The notes: generated from the sequence alone by a model not told the origin. A DNA stretch of 64,000 nt from Paragordius varius (GCA_964247055.1 OZ176054.1:4650001-4714000); one strand, 5' to 3'. Shown: positions 15,101-26,355, counted from the stretch's first letter. Translations and numbers: made by a program.

Positions 15101-16193
15101 GACAAAAATGGCGATATTTATTACTTTATGATAAAACTTACAACCATGAATCCTCCTTTAGCCTAATTAGCTACCTTGAAACGATATAAAAAAGATTTAA
15201 AATAATGTAAACCTTTATAACATGCAAGGGTCAATGCACTCTCTTTAAATTCGTTTGAATGGGCATTAATTGAAGCTTTACCCTCTGTTACTAGAATGAT
15301 TGCAATCTCAACATGACCATTCGTAGCGGCTTCCATCAATGGTGTATGTCCATTCTCATTTTGGTGTTCAATGTCTGATCCGTACTTAATAAGCAGACGA
15401 ACAATATCGGCATAACCTCCGGTACAGGCATATGTTAAGGCAGTGTTTCCTAATTTTATAAAATGCATAAATCATACAAATAAAAGATTTTTTGTGCTTC
15501 AATGCCGACCAATGATTGTTAAGATTCTTCTATGATGAAATAAATATTTTTGTAAAAACTGTATATTACCAGATAAAGATTGAGCTTTTGTGTCCGCTCC
15601 GTGTTCCAAAAGAATTTTAACGATATCAGTAAAACCACCGTTAGCTGCTTCCATTAGGGGTGTGGTATCACCTTTGGCACCTCGTTCCTCAACATTTGTG
15701 TTCATGGCCAATAAAACTTGGACCAATTCATAATAACCGGATGAACAGGCAAGAGATAATAAGCTTTCACCTTCTTCAAGTGATTCAAGCGCCCGTTGAT
15801 GCAAGCTATCCAAATTTCTAATTATGTATAAAAAAATAATTATACTCTTGGGAATTAATATTTTTGGAGGATGATTTAACTCTAGTTAGGGTTAATGCGG
15901 CAACTGCTTCCTCCAAAGCACAGTTAACAGAAGATGTTAATTGTCGTAATATTTCTGGATCAGTGACGCTTCGTTCTTCCAGTGGAGATAAATGTTTTAA
16001 ACCTGTTATAATAAACTTTTTTATACCGGCATCTTCAAATAATTGTGCTAGTTTTAACTCGGCTTCTGGTCCTAAAAACTTCAAATTATTTCCCGTGGAT
16101 ATACACTATAGTTACAACAAAATATACTTCCAATTCTTCGCTTTCAGATTCTGAAACAGATAATGATAAATTTTCCTTGTTATTAGCGGACAT
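1..16193 (-). CDS. ANKHD1: Multi-exon MASK / ANKHD1-ANKRD17 orthologue (two ankyrin-repeat clusters plus one KH domain); 3' end beyond the window edge
   Basis: Likely ATG at 16193 (MSANNKENL...), then a 22-nt intron (16127-16106) into an exon with the family motif DPEILRQLTSSVNCALEEAVAAL. Cluster-1 ankyrin exons include ESLLSLACSSGYYELVQVLL, GNTALTYACTGG, MPPDSFESPLTLAACGGH and TQETALTLACYGGF. Cluster-2 exons include SNHDTALTLACSGG, QSDRTKDTALSLACSSGR and DNRKVSCLMAAFRKGH. A basic coiled-coil (KAAAARRREKKRAKK) and a KH domain follow. A last visible exon 515-1 stays open to the edge. ANKHD1 versus ANKRD17 cannot be separated (likely a single invertebrate mask gene). Linker exons near 10800-11150 are not fully resolved. 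Confidence 0.95.
1910..2125 (-). other. KH domain of MASK
   Basis: KKCKNIVVASNVVARVIGRGGQNINAIRDMSGAHIEIDKQ...NITIKGSPDAI with an intact GxxG (GRGG) loop, in ORF 894..2906. Confidence 0.9.
8445..8696. repeat. Degenerate inverted repeat in a MASK intron (possible old MITE)
   Basis: caaattcgccctcgaacaattcga...aaattcaacctaaaa (8452-8506) resembles the reverse complement of ttttagggtgaatttgaattgttcaagggtaaatttg (8651-8687). No clear TSD. Confidence 0.4.
8855..9420 (+). mobile_element. piggyBac-like non-autonomous MITE, family 1, copy A (566 bp) in a MASK intron
   Basis: TTAA at 8851-8854 and 9421-9424. Ends CACTTggatacaa / ttgaatcgAAGTG. Subterminal TGGGGTA-N6-TACCCCA palindromes at both ends. 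Collinear with the copies at 16658 and 17586. Confidence 0.85.
12162..12187. repeat. (AT)n microsatellite, intronic
   Basis: Uninterrupted AT dinucleotide run of about 13 units. Confidence 0.9.
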
Positions 16194-16657
16194 GGAAGAA
16201 GTTTTGTTGAATTTATTTAGTAATACTTTCATTTATAAACATAAAAAAAGTCGCCATTTGTATAGACCGGAATATATCTAGTAAACTTTGATCATTAGGT
16301 AGCATATGAATGAATTAAATATATGCACAAAAAAACTTTCCATAATAACCAATGCTCAAATTATCATCCCTAAACTTTATACCATTTCTTTTACTAATCA
16401 TGCGATTTTTTGCTGGTAAACATTGGAAAATATTAATACTTGTGGGATTTGTTTTAAAGTTTTTATGATTATTATTTTTATGAAAACTTAAACATACTAA
16501 TTATAAAAATAACATCTAATAAAACACACTTGTGATTCTTAATGAATTATATATTAAGGTGTTTATTTGCAAATGCCTTACCATCAAACACTCTTCCTCT
16601 GTAATAGATAGAAAACTTATAGTTTTAATAGTTTTAAAATTCTATTCCGAAATTTAA

Positions 16658-17215
16658 CACTTATTAAAATGGGGTATCTAAATACACCAGACTAAATTTA
16701 AGTTAATATTTTTAAAAATCTACTGAAGGAAACAGTAACAATTTATATTTATGCTTTTATTCTAATAAAAATTATATAAATAAGCAAAAATATCTTTATA
16801 AAATTACGCTTTAAAAAAATTCCATGTCAAACTACTTCGACGCCATTTTTATTTTGCAAAATTTTTGAAAAATAAAGTTTTCATTTAAATTCAAGGTAAA
16901 ATTAAGGCTAATTTTATAAATCACATCTAACATTAAAATAGAAAAAGTGGTTTATATTGCATTATTTTTCAATTTATTCAATGCTCCATCAGGTTGATAA
17001 ATTTTTACCTTTCGGTTTTACCTTAAAATGAGTAATATCAAGTATTTTTGAATGATTTTTTTATATATTCCGGTTTATTAATGTTATATAAGAGAAAAAT
17101 TTTGCCATGGTTTTAATTTCATCCATACTTTATAAATTATTTAATTTTAAATAACCCTCGGGTATCCAACTAACCCAATTTGAATCGAAGAAAATGAGTG
17201 TGTTGTATCCAAGTG
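16658..17215 (-). mobile_element. piggyBac-like MITE family 1, copy B (inverted)
   Basis: TTAA at 16654-16657 and 17216-17219. Ends cactt.../...gttgtatccaagtg. Reverse complement of copy A, including the internal ATGGCGTCG(A/G)AGTAGTTTG block (+ strand caaactacttcgacgccat at ~16828). Confidence 0.85.
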
Positions 17216-17313
17216 TTAAATAGCTCCAAAACCTCATAGAAGCAAACAGCTGATAAAATCAAATAATATTAGAAATTTGCTACTAAATTAATTTGAAAAC
17301 TTTCCAAAGTTAA

Positions 17314-17581
17314 CATTTGGATATAACACATTTAGTCCTTAGAATTGAGGTCATTGGTTACCCCAGGCATGTTTAAAGTTAAAACTTCAAAAAATATGGA
17401 ATAAATTGAAATCATGGCAATTGTTTACACTTATATGATATTAATAAACCGAAATTTAGAAAATTCATTCCAAATACTTGATAATATTTATTCAGAGTTA
17501 AAACCCAAAGGTAAAAATTTAGCTAACTTGACATGTATGCATATAAATAAAAAATGCAAATAATACCATTTTCTGTTTAAA
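17314..17581 (+). mobile_element. Left half of an older, diverged family-1 MITE
   Basis: TTAA at 17310-17313, then catttggatataacacattt...accccaggc...cacttatat...attaataaaccgaaat...gacatgtatgca. Collinear with the first ~280 bp of copy A and interrupted at a TTAA by copy C. Confidence 0.7.
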
Positions 17582-17585
17582 TTAA

Positions 17586-18140
17586 CACTTATATACAACA
17601 CATTCATTTCAGTCCTTCGATTCAAATTGGGGTAGTTAAATACCCCAGGCCTGTTAAATTCTTTGAAAAATATGGAATGAATAGAAACCTTGGCAAAACT
17701 CAGCACTTATATAACATTAATAAACGGAAATATAAATTTTATTCAAAAATACTTGATATAACTTATTTTAAGCTAAAACCGAAAAAAAAAATTTCAAAGT
17801 GACATGTGTGCAATGGTAAAATTGAAAAATAACACAAAATACGCTTTTTCCATTTCTATCAATGTTAAATGTAATTTAAATAAAAAATAAGCTTTAATTT
17901 TAACCTTAAAATCAAATGAAGACGATATTTTACATTTTGCAAAATAAAAATGGCGTCGAAGTAGTTTGACATGGAACTTTTTTTCAAAACAAAAGTTTAT
18001 TTAGATATTATGGCATATTTATGTAATGTTGATTAAGATAGAAGCATAAATATGGGAAACCGTTTCTTTCAGTAGTTTTTTTTTAAAAATATTAATTTAC
18101 GATTGTCTGGGGTCTTGAAACTTCTATTTGAATCGAAGTG
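17586..18140 (+). mobile_element. piggyBac-like MITE family 1, copy C (555 bp)
   Basis: TTAA at 17582-17585 and 18141-18144. Ends cacttatatacaac / tttgaatcgaagtg. Collinear with copy A along its whole length. Confidence 0.85.
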
Positions 18141-18144
18141 TTAA

Positions 18145-18346
18145 TAACTTATATTTTTTACCATAATATACATTTTGCCTTTTTATTAGCGATTTAAAAT
18201 AAGGAATAAAAAGCAACTAAATAAAATTGTATCATGCGCCTAAAAGGTAAAGAAAGCATTTATTAAAATATAATCCAATGCTAAAAATATTTTTTAAGAT
18301 ATTTAAATTTTAAATTGGTGTATAAAACTACCCCCAAAAGGTCATC
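18145..18346 (+). mobile_element. Right half of a family-2 MITE
   Basis: attagcgatt...atgcgcctaaaagg...ccaatgctaaaaata...aaaactacc...aaagg matches 21160-21350 of the full family-2 copy. The terminus is decayed. Confidence 0.65.
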
Positions 18347-18679
18347 GGTTTTTGTTTTTATTATTTACTATTAGAAAATGATATCAAATATACTTACAAC
18401 AGATATTTAAAATAAAAATATTTTATTTTTTTTTGTTAATCAAGGAATAAAAAAAATTCTGATAAAATATATATTAGCAAATAGATTGTATCGTTATCAT
18501 GATTTTAATTATGTGCTTCACTGATTTACGAATTATCACTTTTGTGTGTAAAAAATAGCAAAATATGCGCACAATAGACAGTGCTAAAAATATCGAAAAT
18601 TATATGGGCTTTTACCAGTAATTTTTAGATTTCTGACATAAGACTGTTAAAAATAGTAGGCAGGTAATTCATTTTGGTG

Positions 18680-20460
18680 GAGTTCGACCCCTTGGAAATT
18701 AAAATGACTAGTTCTCTACACTTGTCCTTTTCCCATGTATTTCCTTTAATTCACTTAGACATCAACCATATTCTATCTTTACAGTGTCCTGTCATCTTAA
18801 CATCTGTCTTCCTTTTTTTCTTTTCCCTTCATATTACCCAAAAATCAAATCCTTCTCAGGGGATGTACATCTTAAAATGAATTTACGTAAACTTTTTATT
18901 ATAGCTCCCGTTAAGTGACTCTCAATATATTATCTATTGTTTCCTTTTAAACTTCTCAGGCCATCTAATATTCAACTATCTCCTCCATCAGCAGATTTCA
19001 ATGCTGCAATCCTTTTTTATCATTCTTCAATGCCCAACTTTCAACATAAGTCGCTACAGGAAAAACCATGCATTTTATTACTCTAACTTTAGTTTTCATA
19101 GTGATATCTTTACTTTTCCATAATTTAGTCAACTTGTTCGCAATTGAATCCCCTAATTCTATGCGTTTGATATGCACGGAAGAGCCGTTGCTATTAGAGA
19201 GCCAATAGGATTTCGTTTACTACTTCTACTGGGGTGTTGTCTATGACTATATTAGGTTTGTTTTTTGATAAACTCATACTTTGGTTTTAGGATTGAGGTT
19301 CAATTCATATCTTTTACTTTCTTCTCCTACTAATTTTATCAAATTATTTAATCTTTTTACATTATCTGCGATCAGCGTCGTGTGATCTGCGAACCTTATA
19401 TTGTTATTCCTTCCCCCTATCTTTAGGCTTTCAGTAGCTTCGTCTACTTTTCTCATGATCATTTCTGAACAAATAAAGTATAGTGAGAGGCAACATCCTT
19501 GTCTAACACCTTTCTGTATTGAAAATTCGTTGGTTCTGCCCATCGAAGTTTGTATCATGGCTTTTTGGTTTTTAAACAAATTTTTGAGCAGGTTATAAGC
19601 TTTGCTGTAACTCCCATTGCTTCCAAACTCTTCATAAATGTACATGGTTAATCGAGTCAAAAGCCTGTGTATAAACAATACAACATATAAATAACTCAAT
19701 TTGATATTCTTTACATGTTTCAATCGTTAGAGGTGTGGTCTCTTGTGCTACGCCCTTTCATAAATCCTGCTTAAACATCTAGAATCTCTCTGGCTATCAC
19801 TTGAAGTAATCTGTTCTGGATAATTTTGAATGAAATTTCGCTTCCATGAGAGCTATTTATATTGTTCTCATAATTTGATTTATTTCGCTTTTTAAAGGCT
19901 GAGATAAACAGTTGGATTTGTCAATCTTTTGTCCAAATACCTGAGTCCCATATTTCCTGACACAATCTCTGTATAACTGATATCGGAATATATCTTATTA
20001 ATTCCAAGGGAATTTTCCAGAGGCTTTCCTTATTGATATCGATTTTGAAGCTTTTACCACCTCTGCTTCCAATATGCATAACTCATTATCCTTATTCTCA
20101 TAATGTCCATCGTTTGCACCCGGGTGCGCACTATTTAGCTGTTTGTAATTTTCCCACCTTTGTTTAATTTCTATTTCCGTCGTCTAATCTTTCCTTCATT
20201 ATCTTTAATGTTAAGGTTGTGGAGTTGGTATGTATTTGTTTCTCTTCTGATGGTTTGGAACAGTGATTTACTTAAGCCTTTTCTGTTTGCTACCTCAATT
20301 ATAGTGCATTGTTCATACCAGTATTCTTCCAGGGCATGCCTTTTTTCTCTCTCTGGAGTCTAGTTAATTTTTTGACCATATCTCCCCTCTATTCTAGGCT
20401 CTTCTTCTTTGTGCAATTATTTTTATACTTCTATTTAAACATTTTTTGCTTTCATCTCCA
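18680..20460 (-). mobile_element. Decayed, 5'-truncated RTE-clade non-LTR retrotransposon (ORF2 remnant)
   Basis: Minus-strand peptides in order, broken by stops and frameshifts: pre-RT region (EEYWYEQCTIIEVAN, EIKQRWENY), RT (FSIQKGVRQGCCLS, NIRFAD) and RTE-type C-terminus (TKVRVIKCMVFPVATY, EGKRKKGRQ), ending near 18680. Confidence 0.85.
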
Positions 20461-20857
20461 AAATTTGGAAGGCGGCATGAAAATTTAAAAAAATTTAAGT
20501 TATTTTAAATAACATTCTTTTTAATCATATAATTTGTATTTAAACAAATATATTCTGATTAATATTTTTATATACCGAATATCTTTGATATGATCGCGAT
20601 AGGTTAGAAAAAGAAAAATAATAAATTGACAAATAATAGATTTTTATAATTAGAATATAACTGCATTATATTTGAGATATTTTGGTCAATTATGACTGCC
20701 ATATTTAAATGGCTAAAATTATATGAATTTCAATAAACGATCAAATACAAACACTGTTATGGAACGTTAAAATCGTTTTATATAAATGCAAGAAGCGCTA
20801 CTTCATACCATAAAAACATCTAAATTAAGAATTTATTACATCATCCTTATATTTTAA

Positions 20858-21357
20858 CACTTGATTACCTTTCCACTTTTTGTCATTTAACTTTTGGGGT
20901 AGTATATCACAGGGCTCGATTTCCCAAATAAACTACAGTTTTGATTATTTTCGTAAAAATTAAATTATCAAACATTGTTCTCATGCATTATAAAACGCTT
21001 ATATTTTTTACAGTTTTGTGACTTCTAGATTCTAAAATTGGGACGGCTCCAAACCAACGGAAACGAACAAAATTAAAATATATAGTTTTTGCTATAAAAT
21101 GTAGCCTGAAAGCTTCCCAAAATTGAAAATTTATATTTTAAAAATATACATTTATTTGTCTTTGTATTAGCGATTCAAAATATTAAGGAAAAAAAATGGC
21201 GATAAGGACTATTCGATATTTTTTTAAAAAAATTTTATGATGCGCCTAAAAGGTTAAAAAGGCACATTTTTAAAATTTGGCCCAATGCTAAAAATAGTTT
21301 TTATATTTAATACTTAAATAAATTGGGATAAAAACTACCAAAAAAGGTTATGAAGTG
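20858..21357 (+). mobile_element. piggyBac-like MITE family 2 (500 bp)
   Basis: TTAA at 20854-20857 and 21358-21361. Ends cacttgattaccttt / aaaggttatgaagtg, with a subterminal ggtagt..atc.ca inverted motif. The interior is unrelated to family 1. Confidence 0.75.
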
Positions 21358-22893
21358 TTAAATGTAATAATAACCAATCAAAAATAATAATAGATTATGT
21401 TTTATAAACATCCTATTATATTGCAAAAGGGCCCCAGCTAAAGTGACTAGCAAAACGTGATGCAGTTTGGAGAGTTACACACTGTAGATTTGTAATGAAC
21501 ATTGGGGCGGATACTGATATTTTTCAATCGAAAAAAATGTAACAAAATATTAAAACAACTTCTAAGAAGAGGACGGATCTTTGTCAAACAGGTATTATAT
21601 AAAATGGTTAACCCTTATTTTCACAATTACTTATAGCGATTTCGCTACGCTCTTTTTTTACTTAAAACGGATGCCAAAGTGTCCCCTTTAATTACTCTAG
21701 ACAAAAATTCAATTATTTAACTTTCACCGCTCTAAAAATTTAGAAATTTATACTTAAGTGTAAAACACCGAATTAAAAATTATTTTTGATCTTCCTAAAA
21801 AGAATATTACGTAATTAGGGATTATTAATTTTTGAAAAACCAAAAATGTATTATTTTATAACATAATCGCTTATGATATATTTTTGTATCCAATTTATAA
21901 CAATCAAAAGCTTAAAAACTTTACCTTTTTGCAAACGCTTGTGTGACCAGAAAAAAGGATCGTGTAAAAAGAGTAGGCATATAAAAAAATACTAAAATAA
22001 AGATATAGTGTCGGCTTTCTTTTGGGGTAATTTAGGTTATATTTTAAAGTTATGAGAGTTTTTTTACTATAAATAATAGCTGAAAAAATTACAAGTTTAT
22101 ATCTTAAGTTAGTTTTATATTTTAATGAAGATGCGGTAAATTAAATTCATAAAATATAAATACGGTAAATATAAAATTTTATTAAATAATATATTACATA
22201 TAAAATATATTGAATTGATAATTCATTTACTGTGCACATTAATTATACCAAACATTAAACCATATAAAATTAACCCTATTTATGGTTGGTTTATCTGTGA
22301 TGTTGTGTACACGGGCTGGTTTGCATTGATCATGGGTAGAGAGTTGTTAGCGTTAAATAAATTAGGTGAGATTGGTTTGTTGTATTTAGCCAGGTAGTTT
22401 GGAAGAAAATTAGGCAAAAATAAGATTGAATCATGATATGACCTTTATGATTTAGCAAATCATTAATACTCAAAATAGCATATATTTTCATAATTTTTTA
22501 TTCCGCGTAATTGGCGACATGCGTCGCATATTTTTTTGAGGCCCATTCTCTGTCAATATCAATTTTGGTGTCAAAATATTTCGTAAAAAGCTTTCTAGTT
22601 ATCAACTAAACCCACAAAACACAAATGAATCGTTTTAATAATTTGCATTTATGATCTAAAATTGGAAAAAATATAACTGGTTATTTGTTGAAAAATTTAA
22701 ACGCTTTTTATAGACTAGGATTTTTTTATATTTTTAGGATAATAAATATACATATATAAAAAAATCAAAATTATTGCAATATCTATGTCAGAAAGAGCGA
22801 TGTGGCTTCAAAGAAATTATTACTCTAAATTTTTTTAATAACTTTCATATGTACTCCTTTACAGCATTAGGCTAATAATTTGAAATTAAAAGC

Positions 22894-24387
22894 ATGCAAT
22901 TTTATCAATCTCCTCTTACTACCCGATATGCTAGTATTGATATGCAAAAAAACTTCGGAGAATATAAAAAAATATATACCTGGCGAAAATTATGGATAAT
23001 TTTAGCCGAATCTGAAATGGTTTCTATATATATATTTATGCCAGAATTTAGGAATAAATATAAATAGTGAACAAATAAAAGAATTAAAAAATAATGTGGA
23101 TAAAATTGATTTCGAAAAAGCAAAAACTGAAGAAATACGTTTAAAACATGATGTCATGGCCCATTTGACAGCTTATGCCTCTATATGTCCATTAGCTGCA
23201 CCAATAATACACTTAGGTGCCACATCCTGTTATATTGGTGATAACTCAGTTTTATATTAATGAAATATAGGATCTTATTATAATGAAAGATGCATTTCAA
23301 ATAATTTTGCCAAAAGTAAAATATATTTCTATTGTAAGCTTAATGAATGTATAAATGTTTTATCCATATTCGCTCAAACTTGGAAAGATACTCCAACATT
23401 GGGATATACCCATTTCCAGTACACAAAATTTATTATATAGACCTGCTCAATTAACAACTGTTGGTAAGAGAGCCTGTTTGTGGCTAAATGATTTATTAAG
23501 AGATTATCATAGTCTAATTAATTTCGTAAAAGAAATTAAACAAAATTTTCGAGGAGTTAAGGGTACGACAGGTACGCAAGCAAGTTTTCTCACGCTTTTT
23601 GATGGAGATTTTAAAAAAGTATTGTATAGTTTTTGTTATATTCATACATTTTAATTTACCCTTTAACAATTTATAATCAACTTGCTCACTCCGATATTAT
23701 TCATAATTATTTTCACCTTAAATAGGTTAAACCCTAAGATACAAATTTTTTGCGGTTCAAAAATATCGTAATTTTACAAGTTTTATCAATATTTACACAC
23801 TATAATATATATTTTAAAGCCTCTATAATCTAATATGTTATTTTATACACTTTTTAACCTTCTCATTTTAAGACACCCATTACTAATCTTAAATAAAAGA
23901 AGGCAGCGTTACGAGACAGCGGCATTAATGATATATATTTTGATTTATTTTTTTTTGTTAATTTTTTATAATCATAAAATATACTAATTTATAACTGGGT
24001 ATAAAAAGATGCATTTCGAAATTTTTTTTATATAAAACACCAACATTTTTATATTACTCGGCTTTATCTAACTGTTTAAAACAATTAAATTCAAAGCTAA
24101 TAAAAAGGTGATAATATGTATTATTTAGGTTCAAGAATTGGATGACATGGTTACTGCGCTTTGCGGATTTTCCAAGTTATTTTGTCTTTAACTGGTCAGA
24201 TCATCCATTATTACCGGACAAACTTATAGCAGAAAATTGGATTATGACTGCCTGTCTAAACTTGCCAGCTTAGGTCTAACTATACACAAAGTTACATTGT
24301 ACTTTAAAACTATTTTAGATGTGTACCGATATTCGATTACTTGCACATTTAAAAGAAATCGAAGAACCTTTTGAAGACGATCAAATA

Positions 24388-24423
<36 letters not shown>

Positions 24424-26316
24424 TTTTAATCTTGATTATATTTTTACTATAAAATCATATACCTTTTTACTAAAAATAAAAGATTCTTTATCGTATTTTG
24501 ATCTTTAAACCATTGACGTTTAAACTTTGAAATGATTTTTTAAATACATGGTATATTAGTTAAGGCGAATTTTTACCGTTTGCTCTTGTCTAACATTTCC
24601 TTACAGTGTAGGGTTTTTGCAAACATTTAAAACTGATCTCTGCTGTTAGTTCACCAAGGTGATCCAGCCATGACTACGTTGAAGCAGTAAAACTTTGTTG
24701 GCTAAATAAATATTATAAATATTTTGTGGATCAATTGGTTATTTGTTTCGTAAAAAATTTTTTTTAAGGAATTTTTTAAATTTTAATTTAGTTATTAGTT
24801 TACCCTTTCACTCCTTTTGAATCTAAAACACTTTCTATATACGGCATAGTTATTTCGTTTTTTATTTGCAATACATATATTCCCGATTGTGATGTATTAA
24901 TTGAGACTAGTTATAAGAATTGGCCGCTTAAGTGTTTAATTCTAAATACCAAATTTGTTTTTCTTTGTAATATAAAATGTTTGCTAAGGTTCAAGTGCTA
25001 TGGCTTATAAACGTAATCCAATGTTAAGTGAAAGGTGTTGTAGTTTGTCCAGACATTTGGGCAGTTTGGCACAAACCATGTTTTTTACTGGATCCGTTCA
25101 ATGGCTTGAAAGGAGTTTGGATGATTCGGCCTCCAAAAGAATATGTATCCCTGAAAGTTTTTTAATTGTGGATTCGTTGCTTGAAACTGTGTTTAGAATT
25201 TGTAAGGGACTCATAGTTAATCCCAAAGTAATAATTTTTTAAAATCAAATTATTAAAGGTTATACAATCAAACATTAATAAAGAACTACCTTTTATGGCA
25301 ACGGAAAATATTATGATGGAGATGGTAAAACGAGGACACAATCGTCAAGTAAGTATTATAATAATAAATTAAAGTTGTTCTTGGTATCGAATTATATCAA
25401 ACGTTAGATTTAATAAAAATGCCTAATTTATATAAATTGTTTTAAGCATATTTGCTAACGACATATATCAAGACCATATATATATATGTTTGGTTTGGAA
25501 TCCAGATATATAATCAACCTTTTTTTAACCACACAAAATTACAAAGATTTTCATCACTAAACACAATTCTCAAAAAATATTTCCTAACTTTATATCGCTA
25601 AAATATCATTTCATTATTCTTGTTAAAAAGAGGTTAAGCATTTTGATCACAAATAGTCCGCACAAAAAAAGTTAGTTTGACTGTATTAACTTTACATTTT
25701 ACACATGGTTATAAAGTAACCTCTTTATAATATTCTTTAAAAACGCGCCTTTAAACCAACTACATTATATTTATCGTGACCTTTATTATAAAATATTGTC
25801 CTAGTTTTTAGCTTTAATCGATTTTAATAAGTGTTCTTTTTAGTTATTATATCAAATAGGTCAGGAAGCGGATTAGTTATGTTATTTTTTTAGAAGACTG
25901 GTTCTTAGGGAAGAGAGGGGGTCTCTTTTTTCCATACATTTTCCTTGCTGATTATTGCTATAAAATTATTCCCCATTTTTTATTTTCAGGAATGTCACGA
26001 AAAAATTAGGCAATTATCCATGAAAGCATCGGAAAATGTAAAAAAGTATGGCTTAGAAAACAACTTAATAGATCTTATTGTAAATGAAGAATATTTTAAA
26101 TGCATCAAAGATGATATACATGCCATCATTGAACCGATTAAATTTATTGGACTATCTTCCAAACAAGTAAAACAATATTTTTTATTGTAAATTTAGGTTG
26201 AAACATTCATAAATGCTCAAGTGAATCAAGTTTTAACTTCGCATGTTTTGGATATGCAAAATTTATTTGGTTCCAATTTGGATATGAAAAAAATTGGAGA
26301 TTGTTTGCATGTGTAA
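22894..26316 (+). CDS. ADSL: Adenylosuccinate lyase, 12 exons, 488 aa
   Basis: Exons 22894-23019, 23045-23248, 23271-23315, 23339-23418, 23441-23618, 24129-24175, 24200-24290, 24319-24388, 24989-25227, 25259-25348, 25990-26166, 26197-26316. They sum to 1467 nt in one frame with all GT-AG introns. Motifs: [63 protein letters not shown] and the fumarate-lyase signature [11 protein letters not shown]. Confidence 0.97.
24392..24421. repeat. (TA)n microsatellite at the 5' end of ADSL intron 8
   Basis: About 15 TA units directly after the GT donor. Confidence 0.9.
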
Positions 26317-26343
26317 TTAAAATCGATTATTTCATATATTTCA

Positions 26344-26355
26344 AATAAATTTATT
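26344..26355. terminator. Palindromic bidirectional polyadenylation signal AATAAATTTATT
   Basis: AATAAA on + at 26344-26349 (28 nt after the ADSL stop) and AATAAA on - at 26355-26350 (just after the coilin-like stop). The two stop codons are only 42 bp apart. Function is inferred. Confidence 0.65.

Noticed and set aside
1072-16281. Plus-strand and alternate-frame ORFs overlapping MASK exons (e.g. 1884..2165, 7752..7985, 13378..13584, 15864..16154)
   Set aside because: Shadow ORFs of real coding exons with no recognisable motifs.
18677-18695. tRNA T-loop / Pol III B-box-like GAGTTCGACCCC (also at 27488)
   Set aside because: No pairing T-stem, cloverleaf or A-box. The motif is the antisense of the RTE ORF2 C-terminal codons.
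22514-22527. GCGAC-ATGC-GTCGC hairpin upstream of ADSL (Helitron end or regulatory element)
   Set aside because: Only a 5-bp stem, no following CTRR terminus and no second copy in the window.
22215-23123. Short ORFs 22215..22397 (+) and 22905..23123 (-)
   Set aside because: No motif support. The second is antisense to ADSL exons 1-2.
24989-25021. [10 protein letters not shown] instead of SSAMPYKRNP as a possible loss of ADSL function
   Set aside because: It still fits the GSxxMxxKxN signature, and I recall the Ala variant in functional fungal enzymes.
22894-26316. Ciliate origin or alternative genetic code suggested by ~25-nt introns
   Set aside because: Spliced ADSL has no in-frame TAA/TAG and ends in TAA, and MASK carries animal-type motifs. 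The standard code fits.
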